A DNA stretch of 64,000 bases, from IMG/VR virus record IMGVR_UViG_3300032242_002454, positions 140,626-204,625 of that record; one strand, written 5' to 3'. This document shows, one piece after another, positions 17,115 to 26,285 of this stretch. The number at the start of each line of letters is the position of its first letter. The stretch's first letter is position 1. Below the pieces are notes generated by a model. The model did not search any database and was not told the origin of the DNA. It worked only from the letters and a program-made list of their open reading frames with translations. A program made the translations under genes and the position numbers.

Positions 17115-18275
17115 ATGTTTAGTGATACTTTGGCTTTTAATCCATTCGATAAGACTCATAGTGCTATTGGAACAAGAGATCAAATTACTTTGAGGAATAA
17201 GTTTTTTGATTCTTTTGGTGGTCAGCAGATTTTCTGTTACAACGGTGATCCTCGTAAGAAGATCAGTAGTATGAATCATACGGATCATCTTACCACTGTT
17301 GCTATTGCTAATGATAGTCAAGGTGCTGATGCTTACTTCTATGTTAATGGTGGACGTAAACAATATGCTATTAGTAGAATTCGTGCTTGTTTTGTTGATA
17401 TGGATGCTGGGCGAGATGATCAGGGTAGCTATTTAAAGCCTAGCATTGTTATGCAAAAGAAGCGGGAGTTCTTAAATAAGATCAATAACTTTCCAGTAAA
17501 ACCAAGCTGGGTTGTTGATACTCGTAATGGCTATCAGTGCTATTGGATTCTAAACCAAAACAATATAAATCCTCACAAGACTTATTGGAATGGTATTCAA
17601 AAGAAACTTGTGAACCATTTTGGTGGTGATGCCAGAGCTATCAAAATCAATCAGATTTATAGAATCCCTTATACTTGGTGGAGGAAGGGTTGGGAAGGAA
17701 AGCAACCTTATTTTACCAGTATTTTGTCGGGATCGACTGGTGACTGGGTAAATATTGAACAACTTAAAGAAGCTCTTGATGGCGTTTCTGCTGTGGTCAA
17801 TGTTATTGCAAATAAGACTAGTGATGAATGGTTTAAGGAATATGCTAAGGCTTATAAGAGGTCTGATGTTACTGGAGTTCCAGTATCAGTCAATGTTGCT
17901 GCAACTATTGCTGATCAGATGAAGTCTCTTAACCTTAAGAACAGCACTGTATTCTGTAATACATATACCAATAGTACAGATGATATCAAGAATAAGTATG
18001 TATATTCTGGTCATGGTGTTTTCAATAAGGCTTATGGTGATCCTACTCCAGTATCTCCTGTGGTTGAGGACGATACAGATTCTCTTGAGACGCTTCCTGC
18101 TGACGCTGGGGGCGAGGATTTAGATCTTGACGGTTCCCAGACCAAGCTTTTAAAGACGGTTGTGGAGTTCCTTAATCAAGTCTCAACGCCGCTCTACTTT
18201 AGCAACAATAGATTCTTGTCTAACTCTGCTAAAGACCTTGCTTCTCAAATTAGTGACAAGTTTTGTATAGGGTGA
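17115..18275 (+). CDS. RepB'-type (AEP superfamily) primase-domain protein
   Basis: FVDMD, PSWVVDTRNGYQCYW, IYRIP. Confidence 0.75.
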   Translation: MFSDTLAFNPFDKTHSAIGTRDQITLRNKFFDSFGGQQIFCYNGDPRKKISSMNHTDHLTTVAIANDSQGADAYFYVNGGRKQYAISRIRACFVDMDAGRDDQGSYLKPSIVMQKKREFLNKINNFPVKPSWVVDTRNGYQCYWILNQNNINPHKTYWNGIQKKLVNHFGGDARAIKINQIYRIPYTWWRKGWEGKQPYFTSILSGSTGDWVNIEQLKEALDGVSAVVNVIANKTSDEWFKEYAKAYKRSDVTGVPVSVNVAATIADQMKSLNLKNSTVFCNTYTNSTDDIKNKYVYSGHGVFNKAYGDPTPVSPVVEDDTDSLETLPADAGGEDLDLDGSQTKLLKTVVEFLNQVSTPLYFSNNRFLSNSAKDLASQISDKFCIG

Positions 18276-18282
18276 GGGTTTT

Positions 18283-18696
18283 ATGGGACAACAAGATGAA
18301 GATTACAACTACGATGATGACTATGAAGATAGTCAGGATAATTTAGACAGTCAGCATAAAAATTATTTCAAGTTTGATCCTAGTGCATGGGATGCTTGGG
18401 GTAAAATGCTATACGAAGCTCTAAATGACATAGTTGAATATCCTTCTAATGTTTGGTATATTGGACATGGATTCGATAAAGGTTCGTTACCTGTGAATGA
18501 TTACTTCTCCAAATCAGGGAACTTTAAAAACTCCCTGTTTTTGGGGAACAATCATTATAAAGAACCAGTCTATAAAACCAAATACTTTATACATAACAAG
18601 TTAGATGTGGCGTATAGAAATCACTTAGTATCACACGCGGTTCATTTTCTTTCGCAACCAAACTATTATATGGGTATGTTCGACATACTTAATTAG
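18283..18696 (+). CDS. hypothetical protein
   Basis: GAGG RBS. Confidence 0.7.
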   Translation: MGQQDEDYNYDDDYEDSQDNLDSQHKNYFKFDPSAWDAWGKMLYEALNDIVEYPSNVWYIGHGFDKGSLPVNDYFSKSGNFKNSLFLGNNHYKEPVYKTKYFIHNKLDVAYRNHLVSHAVHFLSQPNYYMGMFDILN

Positions 18697-18705
18697 AGGA
18701 CAAGG

Positions 18706-18957
18706 ATGTTACCAGCAGCACTATTGTATGTGGCTATGTTCTTCAGTTCATTAACTGAAACTCCTTTTGTTGCATATGATCTAGCAACTCATATGAGCAA
18801 AGCACAAAGAGTAGAATGGACAAAAATGACAGATGATGATAATAATGTTAGGTTCACTATTACATTTTATAAGATGCCTATATTGGCAGAGCTAGGTTTT
18901 GAAAGAACTTTTGTGGATAAACACAATAACTGTCAAACGGAGCTTAATAAAAAATAA
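18706..18957 (+). CDS. hypothetical protein with signal-like N-terminus
   Basis: Hydrophobic N-term. Confidence 0.6.
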   Translation: MLPAALLYVAMFFSSLTETPFVAYDLATHMSKAQRVEWTKMTDDDNNVRFTITFYKMPILAELGFERTFVDKHNNCQTELNKK

Positions 18958-19193
18958 TGAACACATATTTTGAAATTTATTTTAATGAATCATCAGTCAG
19001 CAAAGTGTGCGACGCAATGGCTGAAGTTATAATCTTTATTGAAAATTGCACCAATCAAGATAGACGCATACCTGTCAAGATAGTAGAAAAAGATAAGAAA
19101 ACAGATAGGATCGTAGTGGTGTACAAACCCGTCCTGTCTGCTAAACTGGAATGGGTCAGCATCCCAAAGTACGAAGGGGAAACAATAGTATAA
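18957..19193 (+). CDS. hypothetical protein
   Basis: TAATG-coupled. Confidence 0.6.
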   Translation: MNTYFEIYFNESSVSKVCDAMAEVIIFIENCTNQDRRIPVKIVEKDKKTDRIVVVYKPVLSAKLEWVSIPKYEGETIV

Positions 19194-19627
19194 TGAAGAA
19201 CGAAAAATGGTTTTTTATAAGTAACTTTGAAGAATTTGTTGACCACTCAAGAGCTTTAGTTTTTAATTTATTTGGACAAGTTAATGAGATAGCCGCAGAT
19301 TCTTTAACTGCTTCTTTATCAACAATGAGTAAAGAAGAAATAGAAGAAATGGATACTACTCTTAGTCATGAAGAAGCGTCAGTTATAGTAAAGAATCATG
19401 CTAGAAAACAAATCAATAGAAATACTAAAGAAATTAGATATTCATTGACAGATAAAATTTTAGAAGAAATTATTGAAGATCTGAATGGAAGAATGGTTAG
19501 TAATATTTTGAATACCTTGGTTAACAAGGGAGTTTTGGATAGTGGATACGACAGTGAAAAAAACGATTTCATTTTTTGGGTGAAAGAAGATGCCAACAAT
19601 CAAAAAGAAACTCCTGAGACCGATTGA
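19193..19627 (+). CDS. hypothetical protein, paralog family A
   Basis: LNTLVNKGVLDSGYDSEKNDFIFW. Confidence 0.75.
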   Translation: MKNEKWFFISNFEEFVDHSRALVFNLFGQVNEIAADSLTASLSTMSKEEIEEMDTTLSHEEASVIVKNHARKQINRNTKEIRYSLTDKILEEIIEDLNGRMVSNILNTLVNKGVLDSGYDSEKNDFIFWVKEDANNQKETPETD

Positions 19628-20018
19628 TCAAGATATTCATTTCAAATATAGATGTTATGAATGTTCTTTAGATCATTGGTTATCAATTAGGGAAACTCAA
19701 ACAAAGGGTTTTAAAATAGTATGTGATTGTGGACAAATCCTAAAGGTAAAACTTATAGAAAAAATTGAGATAGTTTATCAGAAAGTTATCAAGAAAGAAA
19801 TTCCTCCTGAGCCAGATAAGCCAGAAGAATTACCAAAAAAATCAGAAACTATTCCAATAGATTTACTGTCACAATGTTGTACAATATTACTTGGTTATGG
19901 GTTTGATATTACTGAAGGTGAAGACTTAATAGTATCAACTTTTAATGAAAACCCTACTTATATTTGTGTAGATTTAATAAAACAAGCTTTGAAAAAATTT
20001 GGAGAAAAGAATGGCTAA
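19590..20018 (+). CDS. Zn-ribbon protein with RuvA C-terminal (domain III)-like domain
   Basis: CYEC...CDCG; Pro/Glu linker; ILLGYGF...DLIKQALKK; abuts ruvB. Confidence 0.65.
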   Translation: MPTIKKKLLRPIDQDIHFKYRCYECSLDHWLSIRETQTKGFKIVCDCGQILKVKLIEKIEIVYQKVIKKEIPPEPDKPEELPKKSETIPIDLLSQCCTILLGYGFDITEGEDLIVSTFNENPTYICVDLIKQALKKFGEKNG

Positions 20019-20928
20019 TGCAATCAGACCTACTCGTTTTAGTGAAATTATTGGACAATCAGAAGTTGTCACCAGACTCAACATCGTGGTTGCCGGTTGT
20101 AAAAACTCTGGTGGTGTGATGCCTCATCTTTTAATAGACGGCCCACCGGGGCTAGGAAAGACCACCATAGCGAGTGCTATAGCTACTGAGATGGGAGTGA
20201 ACCTATATACCATCAATGCGGCGACTATCCGTGGTATTAAAAATATTTTGCCATACATCATGGGTATGGAAAAAAAATCTGTTCTTTTTATTGATGAAAT
20301 TCATCGCCTGCCAAAAATTGTGGAAGAATTTCTCTATCCAGTAATGGAAGATTTTGTTCTTAATATTACTGTCAAAGATGAACAGGATAAAGAAAAGCCA
20401 GAAACCATTGAGTTGCCAATATTCACTTTAGTTGGAGCAACAACCAGCGGAGGATCTTTGAGTCAGCCATTTTATGATAGATTTCAAATCAAGGAACATT
20501 TGTCATTCTATAGTGAAAGTGATCTAGCTAAACTAGCAGGGTTAAATGCGCAAAAGCTCGGACTAATGATAAGCGATGATGATCTGGTTGAAATTGCCAA
20601 AAGAAGTAAAGGTACTCCAAGAATCTTAAATGGTAGGTTGCAATGGTATAAGAATTGTATAGCCTATTATACAGAGAAAAAAATGAGTGTGGATGAGATC
20701 TTTAATAGTCAGGGTATTGATAAGGACGGTTTGGATGTGTATGATAAGATGTATCTGAAGGTTCTTGCTAAGTCTAAGGGTGCTGGATTAGGTCTAAAGA
20801 GTATTTCTGCTTTAACTGGAATTGCTATGGATACTATTGAGAATAGCATTGAACCATATCTAGTACGAAAAGGTTTTGCCATAAGAACCCAAAAGGGACG
20901 AGTGATAGGCTCATATAAACATGAATGA
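20011..20928 (+). CDS. ruvB: Holliday junction branch migration ATPase RuvB
   Basis: RP..F..IGQ, GPPGLGKTT, FIDEIHR, LYPVMED, GATT, GTPR, EPYL, RTQKGR. Confidence 0.97.
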   Translation: MANAIRPTRFSEIIGQSEVVTRLNIVVAGCKNSGGVMPHLLIDGPPGLGKTTIASAIATEMGVNLYTINAATIRGIKNILPYIMGMEKKSVLFIDEIHRLPKIVEEFLYPVMEDFVLNITVKDEQDKEKPETIELPIFTLVGATTSGGSLSQPFYDRFQIKEHLSFYSESDLAKLAGLNAQKLGLMISDDDLVEIAKRSKGTPRILNGRLQWYKNCIAYYTEKKMSVDEIFNSQGIDKDGLDVYDKMYLKVLAKSKGAGLGLKSISALTGIAMDTIENSIEPYLVRKGFAIRTQKGRVIGSYKHE

Positions 20929-21253
20929 AATATCAGTATCAATAAACTTACCCACCATTATTTTCTTCTCAAGCACACTCCTAATCTTAGGGGTGTGTTT
21001 GTTTTTAATCGGCTATTTTGTTGGTAAGCAGTCTAGTGCTGGTGTATGTAATACTGTTGGTTATACAAAACCCACGAGCTTTTTTCAAGAACAGAAAAAG
21101 GATAAAACAGTTGTCTCTATTGATGACACTAAATATGTGGTTGATATTAAGACATCTGAAATGGAAAAAAAATATGAATCTTTGGGCGAAATAAAAGAAT
21201 CTGAAGAAGATATAATCAGTTCTATAAATAAACTTAAAAATATGAAAAGGTGA
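20921..21253 (+). CDS. single-TM membrane protein upstream of actin
   Basis: N-terminal TM, charged C-term helix. Confidence 0.7.
   Translation: MNEISVSINLPTIIFFSSTLLILGVCLFLIGYFVGKQSSAGVCNTVGYTKPTSFFQEQKKDKTVVSIDDTKYVVDIKTSEMEKKYESLGEIKESEEDIISSINKLKNMKR
20971..21006 (+). terminator. intrinsic terminator after ruvB (inside next ORF)
   Basis: AAGCACACTCCTA/TAGGGGTGTGTTT stem then GTTTTT. Confidence 0.7.
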
Positions 21254-21256
21254 AAT

Positions 21257-22258
21257 ATGGCAGCTGGATTAGACGTTGGCACAAGTTATATAGTGTTGTC
21301 AAAAGAAAACAAAAATAGTATCATCTATAAAGATTTTAGAGATGCTTTTTATGTTATCAAACCAACCACACCAGTCGCCACAAAGATGATAGAGAAAGGA
21401 TTAGCGGGGAAAGTTTTTATTAAAGATGCTGATGGATCATTTATTCTATTAGGTAAAGATGCTATTGAAAAAGCTATAGAAAGAAATGATACTGCAAAAA
21501 GACCAATGTATAAAGGCGTAGTATCTGCAAAAGAAAAAGATGCTAAGAAGATATTGGCTTTTATCTTGAAAGAAGTAGCTGGTAAGGCTAAGGAAGAAAA
21601 TGAAAAACTAGTATTCTGCGTTCCTGCTCAACCAGTAGATCAAGAAGATGAAGATTTCGATGTTGGATACCATGAAGATGTGGTAAAGACTATTCTAGCT
21701 GAATGTGGATATAGTGCCAAAGCTATTAATGAAGCAGAGGCGCTTTGTTATGCCGAACTGGAAGTTGAAGATTATACTGGTATCGCAGTTAGCTGTGGTG
21801 CTGGAATGACCAATGTTTGCGTGATGTTAAATGGTGAACCCACTGTAGTATTCAGTACAACTAAAAGCGGAGACTGGATTGATCGTATGAGTGCTGTTGC
21901 TACAGGAGAACCAGACAGTGTTGTACAGGCAGAGAAGGAGGCTGGTGGTTTTACTATAGGTGAACCAAATGATAATCCAGTTTTAGGTGCAGTGTCAGCA
22001 TATTATGAGAGACTAATAGACTATACTACAAAACAATTAGCTCATGCTTTATCAAATCATAAATCATTACCAAAATTTAAAAATCCTTTAGTTATTGTCG
22101 TAGCTGGTGGTACTTCTCAGGCTAATGGATATATCAAGGAGTTTGCTAAAAAACTAGAAGAAAATGGATTTCCATTACAAATTAAAGAAGTCAGACATGC
22201 GGCAGACCCCTTACATTCTGTCGCCAAAGGATGTTTGATTGCTGCAAAGGTATTATAA
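21257..22258 (+). CDS. actin-like ATPase (MreB/MamK/ParM superfamily)
   Basis: GLDVGTS, RPM..G, VP, INEAEA, SCGAGMTN, GD.ID, VAGGTS, A.G. Confidence 0.88.
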   Translation: MAAGLDVGTSYIVLSKENKNSIIYKDFRDAFYVIKPTTPVATKMIEKGLAGKVFIKDADGSFILLGKDAIEKAIERNDTAKRPMYKGVVSAKEKDAKKILAFILKEVAGKAKEENEKLVFCVPAQPVDQEDEDFDVGYHEDVVKTILAECGYSAKAINEAEALCYAELEVEDYTGIAVSCGAGMTNVCVMLNGEPTVVFSTTKSGDWIDRMSAVATGEPDSVVQAEKEAGGFTIGEPNDNPVLGAVSAYYERLIDYTTKQLAHALSNHKSLPKFKNPLVIVVAGGTSQANGYIKEFAKKLEENGFPLQIKEVRHAADPLHSVAKGCLIAAKVL

Positions 22259-22563
22259 TGTTTAATTTTCTGAATAAAATCAGGTTTGCAGTAAGATCTC
22301 CAAAATGGAGTACTGTAAGAAAACAACATCTAAAAGAAAATCCATTTTGTATAGCCTGTGGTAGAAATAAAAAATTAGAAGTTCACCATAAAACTCCAGT
22401 ACATATTAGTCCAGAACTTGAATTAGATCCTTCAAATCTTGTTACTTTATGTGCTGATCCGTGTCATATTTTGTTTGGTCATTTGATGAATTTTAAGAGT
22501 TATAATAAATCGGTCATAGAAGATTGTTCGGTGTATTTAAGTAAGGTAAAAAATAGACCCTAA
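22258..22563 (+). CDS. small HNH endonuclease
   Basis: CIACG..LEVHH...NLVTLC..CH...H. Confidence 0.88.
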   Translation: MFNFLNKIRFAVRSPKWSTVRKQHLKENPFCIACGRNKKLEVHHKTPVHISPELELDPSNLVTLCADPCHILFGHLMNFKSYNKSVIEDCSVYLSKVKNRP

Positions 22564-22591
22564 TTTTACATATCCGTCAAAGGAATGACCC

Positions 22592-23332
22592 ATGAAAAGC
22601 TTAATTTTTCTTCTGGGTATCTTTTTATTTTTTTCAAATTCTCTTGCTGGGACAATTGATCCCAATGTTGAAGATTCTAAGTATGTGGAGTATGGAAACA
22701 AATTTAAACATACTGTCAGGATAATTTGTTATGACGATAATGGACAGGCGGCAGGTTCTGCTGTGATAGTTGATAATAATTGGATAATAACAGCAGCTCA
22801 TGTTGTAAAAAATATGAAAGATCATCACATTATTGTTGATGGTAAACAATATAATTTAGATTTTATTGTGTGTCATGAAAAATATAGCGATAATGTTTTT
22901 GGATATTATGATATTGCAATAGGTCATATAGCTGAACAGGTGGATATGTCTCCTTATCCAGATCTTTATGAAGAAGAGGACGAAGTAGGAAAAGTGGCAG
23001 CTATTGCTGGTGTTGGGCTTACTGGAAATTTTAATACTGGAGTGACCATTTCTGATGGTAAAAAAAGAGCTGGTTCAAACTATATTAAAAAAATAGAAAG
23101 AGGAACACTAGTATGCGATGCTTCCAGGCCCAGTCAAAAAATAACAGAACTTGAGTATCTTATTTGTAGTGGAGATAGTGGTGGAGGTCTTTTTATAGAT
23201 GGAAAACTTGCTGGAATAAATTCTTCTGTATTGGGGTATGATGGTAAGCCAGACTCAACGTATGGAGATGAAAGTTGTCATACAAGAATTAGTATGTATA
23301 TTCCATGGATTAGAAACATTATTAAGAAATAA
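22592..23332 (+). CDS. secreted trypsin-like (S1) serine protease
   Basis: Signal peptide, TAAH, DIA, GDSGG. Confidence 0.93.
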   Translation: MKSLIFLLGIFLFFSNSLAGTIDPNVEDSKYVEYGNKFKHTVRIICYDDNGQAAGSAVIVDNNWIITAAHVVKNMKDHHIIVDGKQYNLDFIVCHEKYSDNVFGYYDIAIGHIAEQVDMSPYPDLYEEEDEVGKVAAIAGVGLTGNFNTGVTISDGKKRAGSNYIKKIERGTLVCDASRPSQKITELEYLICSGDSGGGLFIDGKLAGINSSVLGYDGKPDSTYGDESCHTRISMYIPWIRNIIKK

Positions 23333-23334
23333 TT

Positions 23335-24264
23335 ATGTTAAAAAAGAAACAATGCAAGCTTTTACCGCACACAAGAAAAGATATTTATGGTTTATCGGTA
23401 GGATCTAGTCAGTTCCATAGCTGGCCCATTGATAAATTCTCAGTTCCTCAACAATGGAGACATTCTCAAGGAGAAGGTGTAACTGTAGCAGTAATAGATA
23501 CTGGATGCGATTTAAATCACGAAGATATTAAAGACAATATTGTAGATGGTTATAATTTCATAAATCCAGATCAACCCCCACAAGATGATAATGGTCACGG
23601 AACTCACGTTGCTGGTACAATAGCTGCCGTGAACAATGGTGTAGGCATGGTAGGAGTCGCTCCACAAGCCAAGATCATGCCTATTAAAGCACTTGGAGCC
23701 GATGGGTCAGGAATTAATAAAAACGTCGCTGAAGCGATTGTGTGGGCTGCTGACCACGGAGCAGATTTGATAACTATGTCTCTAGGTTCAGAATATCCAT
23801 CCATTCAGATAGAAAAAGCTATAGAGTATGCTAAATATAAAAATGTAATTATATTTTGTGCGGCAGGCAATAGTGGAATAGAGTCTGGCATCCAATATCC
23901 TGCTAAGTATAATAATACTATTAGTGTTGGAGCAATAGATGAAAAATTAAATATTTGTACATTTAGTTGTTGTGGAGAAGAGCTTGACTTTTTAGCTCCG
24001 GGAGCAGATATTATTAGTGCTGTACCTGGAAATGCTTATGCTTCTATGTCTGGAACAAGCATGGCAACACCATTTGCCGTAGGTTGTGCTGCGTTGTTTC
24101 TATCTTTTGCCAAAAAAATTAAGTTCGCTATGCTAGAGAATATGCTTAAATCATCAGACGACTATGTGTCTGTTTTTGCTAAAAAAGCCATGAAGCTACA
24201 TCAGCAAAATTATACAGGAATAAAGAAATATGAAGGCTATGGTATCATTAGACCCATACTCTAA
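23335..24264 (+). CDS. subtilisin-like (S8) protease
   Basis: IDTG, HGTHVAG, AAGN, GTSMATP. Confidence 0.96.
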   Translation: MLKKKQCKLLPHTRKDIYGLSVGSSQFHSWPIDKFSVPQQWRHSQGEGVTVAVIDTGCDLNHEDIKDNIVDGYNFINPDQPPQDDNGHGTHVAGTIAAVNNGVGMVGVAPQAKIMPIKALGADGSGINKNVAEAIVWAADHGADLITMSLGSEYPSIQIEKAIEYAKYKNVIIFCAAGNSGIESGIQYPAKYNNTISVGAIDEKLNICTFSCCGEELDFLAPGADIISAVPGNAYASMSGTSMATPFAVGCAALFLSFAKKIKFAMLENMLKSSDDYVSVFAKKAMKLHQQNYTGIKKYEGYGIIRPIL

Positions 24265-24340
24265 CTTAATCACCCTCTGCATAAGATATAGTTTTTTCTG
24301 GGTGTTGTGTCAAGCAGAAAAACTTTTTATCCGTAACCAC

Positions 24341-24369
24341 TTGACTTGTTTCACGTTGTCTCGTATCAT
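24341..24369 (+). promoter_or_regulatory. sigma70-type promoter
   Basis: TTGACT-N17-TATCAT. Confidence 0.7.
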
Positions 24370-24394
24370 AAACTCTGAAAGGTGAGCAAAAGAA

Positions 24395-24583
24395 ATGAAC
24401 GATTTTGATTTTGAAAAGCGAAAAGTAAATAGACGACAGAATATTGAGAAGAAAACTACTGATAAAAAATCTGATCAATATCAAAATAGAGATTTGAATA
24501 AGGTTAAAAAGGAATTCAAGAAAGCCAAAGAAGAAATCAGACAGGATGAACTTTGGGATTATTGGGAAGATGAAATATCTTGA
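24395..24583 (+). CDS. small basic/acidic protein
   Basis: First ORF after promoter. Confidence 0.7.
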   Translation: MNDFDFEKRKVNRRQNIEKKTTDKKSDQYQNRDLNKVKKEFKKAKEEIRQDELWDYWEDEIS

Positions 24584-24821
24584 AGAAATAAAACCTGGTC
24601 AATTATTTTCATATAAAGAGAATAGGTTTATTTTAACCTCTGACTTTACAAAGTCCAATAAGAGATCTTGTATAAGTTTGAATAATGGTTTTGTTAGCTG
24701 GTTGCCCGATAATACTGTGGTAGATCTTTTAGATCTCTACTATAGAGATCACGATGGAAATATTGTCGCGGTAAAGGAATATAAAAATGAGTATACTGAA
24801 AAAACTGAAAAATTTCATTAA
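24570..24821 (+). CDS. hypothetical protein
   Basis: ORF in operon. Confidence 0.65.
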   Translation: MKYLEEIKPGQLFSYKENRFILTSDFTKSNKRSCISLNNGFVSWLPDNTVVDLLDLYYRDHDGNIVAVKEYKNEYTEKTEKFH

Positions 24822-25026
24822 GGCTTTATGGTTCCATATCGGTGCTGGATTACCAAAGTCATCTCAAGAAGAAATCAATAAAAGATTTGCCATTTGCCAA
24901 AAGTGTGATTTGTTTGATAATAAGTCTAGTCAATGTCTAGCTTGTGGTTGCAATCTGAGTCAGAAAAGTATTTTTTTAAATAAGCTAGCATGGGCAGACC
25001 AGAAATGTCCAATTAATAAATGGTAA
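24787..25026 (+). CDS. small Cys-rich protein
   Basis: R..ICxxC...CxxCGC...CP..KW. Confidence 0.75.
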   Translation: MSILKKLKNFIKALWFHIGAGLPKSSQEEINKRFAICQKCDLFDNKSSQCLACGCNLSQKSIFLNKLAWADQKCPINKW

Positions 25027-25030
25027 AATA

Positions 25031-25579
25031 ATGACAATCAAAACACACATTAATACCACATCTAATTTATATACCTTAGTTAAAAGACATAACCTCTTTG
25101 ATGTTATCGACGAGAGAATTATGGCTGGGGTTAATGGTGGTACAGTTATTGTTCCACACGTTTGTAATAATGTTAATGCTTTTGGCGCTGGGTTTGCAGG
25201 TCAAGTAGCAGATATTTATCCACAAGTAAAAGCTAACTTTCATATGCTTGGTCAGCAAGCTAAATTAGGACACACCCAGTTCATTAATGTTAAATCAGAC
25301 CAGAAATATCGTCATAGCATCATCTTTGGAAATATGATCGCTCAAAACAAACTGATCAATACAAATAATAAAAGACCATTAAATTATGGAGCTTTAGTTT
25401 ATTGTATGAATCAAGTCAGATCTTATGTAAAAGAATTGCAGAAAAATTCAGAAAACTCTAGAGTAGAAATACATGCTCCTAAATTTGGGAGTGGTTTAGC
25501 TGGGGGTAACTGGAATTTTATTGAAGAACTAATTAGAGATATTTGGTACGATTGCGAGGTCTTTGTTTATTCAAAGTGA
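25031..25579 (+). CDS. macrodomain (ADP-ribose processing) protein
   Basis: HVCN..FGAGFA, NMIAQ, APKFGSGLAGGNW. Confidence 0.9.
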   Translation: MTIKTHINTTSNLYTLVKRHNLFDVIDERIMAGVNGGTVIVPHVCNNVNAFGAGFAGQVADIYPQVKANFHMLGQQAKLGHTQFINVKSDQKYRHSIIFGNMIAQNKLINTNNKRPLNYGALVYCMNQVRSYVKELQKNSENSRVEIHAPKFGSGLAGGNWNFIEELIRDIWYDCEVFVYSK

Positions 25580-25583
25580 AACT

Positions 25584-25733
25584 ATGGACAATAATCAATA
25601 TTTGTATTTTTTATATCTAGCATGTGGAATCTATGGATTATGTCAGGGTCTATTTACCCCTGACCGTTCTTCATCAGGTTCTAAACCAGATAATATACTT
25701 GAGTACTTATTTCCACCCGGTTCAAAAAAGTAA
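25584..25733 (+). CDS. small membrane protein
   Basis: 49-aa ORF filling gap, hydrophobic N-term. Confidence 0.5.
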   Translation: MDNNQYLYFLYLACGIYGLCQGLFTPDRSSSGSKPDNILEYLFPPGSKK

Positions 25734-25738
25734 TATTT

Positions 25739-26278
25739 ATGTCTTCTTTTGGCAGATTAAATGGACAAAGAGTTTATCTGGCTGGTGCTATGGATAGAGT
25801 ACCAGATAGAGGTGCAACTTGGAGAGATAATATAACTCCATTTTTACAAAATCTAGGAATAGAAGTCTTTAATCCTATTAGTAAGCCATCTAATATAGGA
25901 TTAGAAGATTGTGATGTTCATCAAATTAAGACTAAACTAAAAGAAAAAGAAAATTATGATGAACTATCATCTATGATGAAAACTATTAGGGCAGTTGATT
26001 TACGTCTAGTAGACATCAGTGATTTTTTAGTAGTTAATATGAATTTAGATATTCATCCTTGTGGAACATATGAAGAAATATTCTGGGCTAATAGACAAAA
26101 GAAACCCATACTTATTCATATGGAACAGGGGAAAAAATATTCTCCTGACTGGTTGTTTGGAACCATTCCACATCAAATGATTTTCTCTGCATGGGATGAA
26201 ATAAAATCTTATCTATTGCATATTAATGTATCAGAAAATATAGATACTCATAAAAGATGGTATTTCTTTAACACATAG
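25739..26278 (+). CDS. nucleoside 2-deoxyribosyltransferase/NMP glycosidase-like
   Basis: VYLAGAM, WR, FNP, DL..VD.SD, GTYEE..A...KKP. Confidence 0.85.
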   Translation: MSSFGRLNGQRVYLAGAMDRVPDRGATWRDNITPFLQNLGIEVFNPISKPSNIGLEDCDVHQIKTKLKEKENYDELSSMMKTIRAVDLRLVDISDFLVVNMNLDIHPCGTYEEIFWANRQKKPILIHMEQGKKYSPDWLFGTIPHQMIFSAWDEIKSYLLHINVSENIDTHKRWYFFNT

Positions 26279-26285
26279 GCTAACA

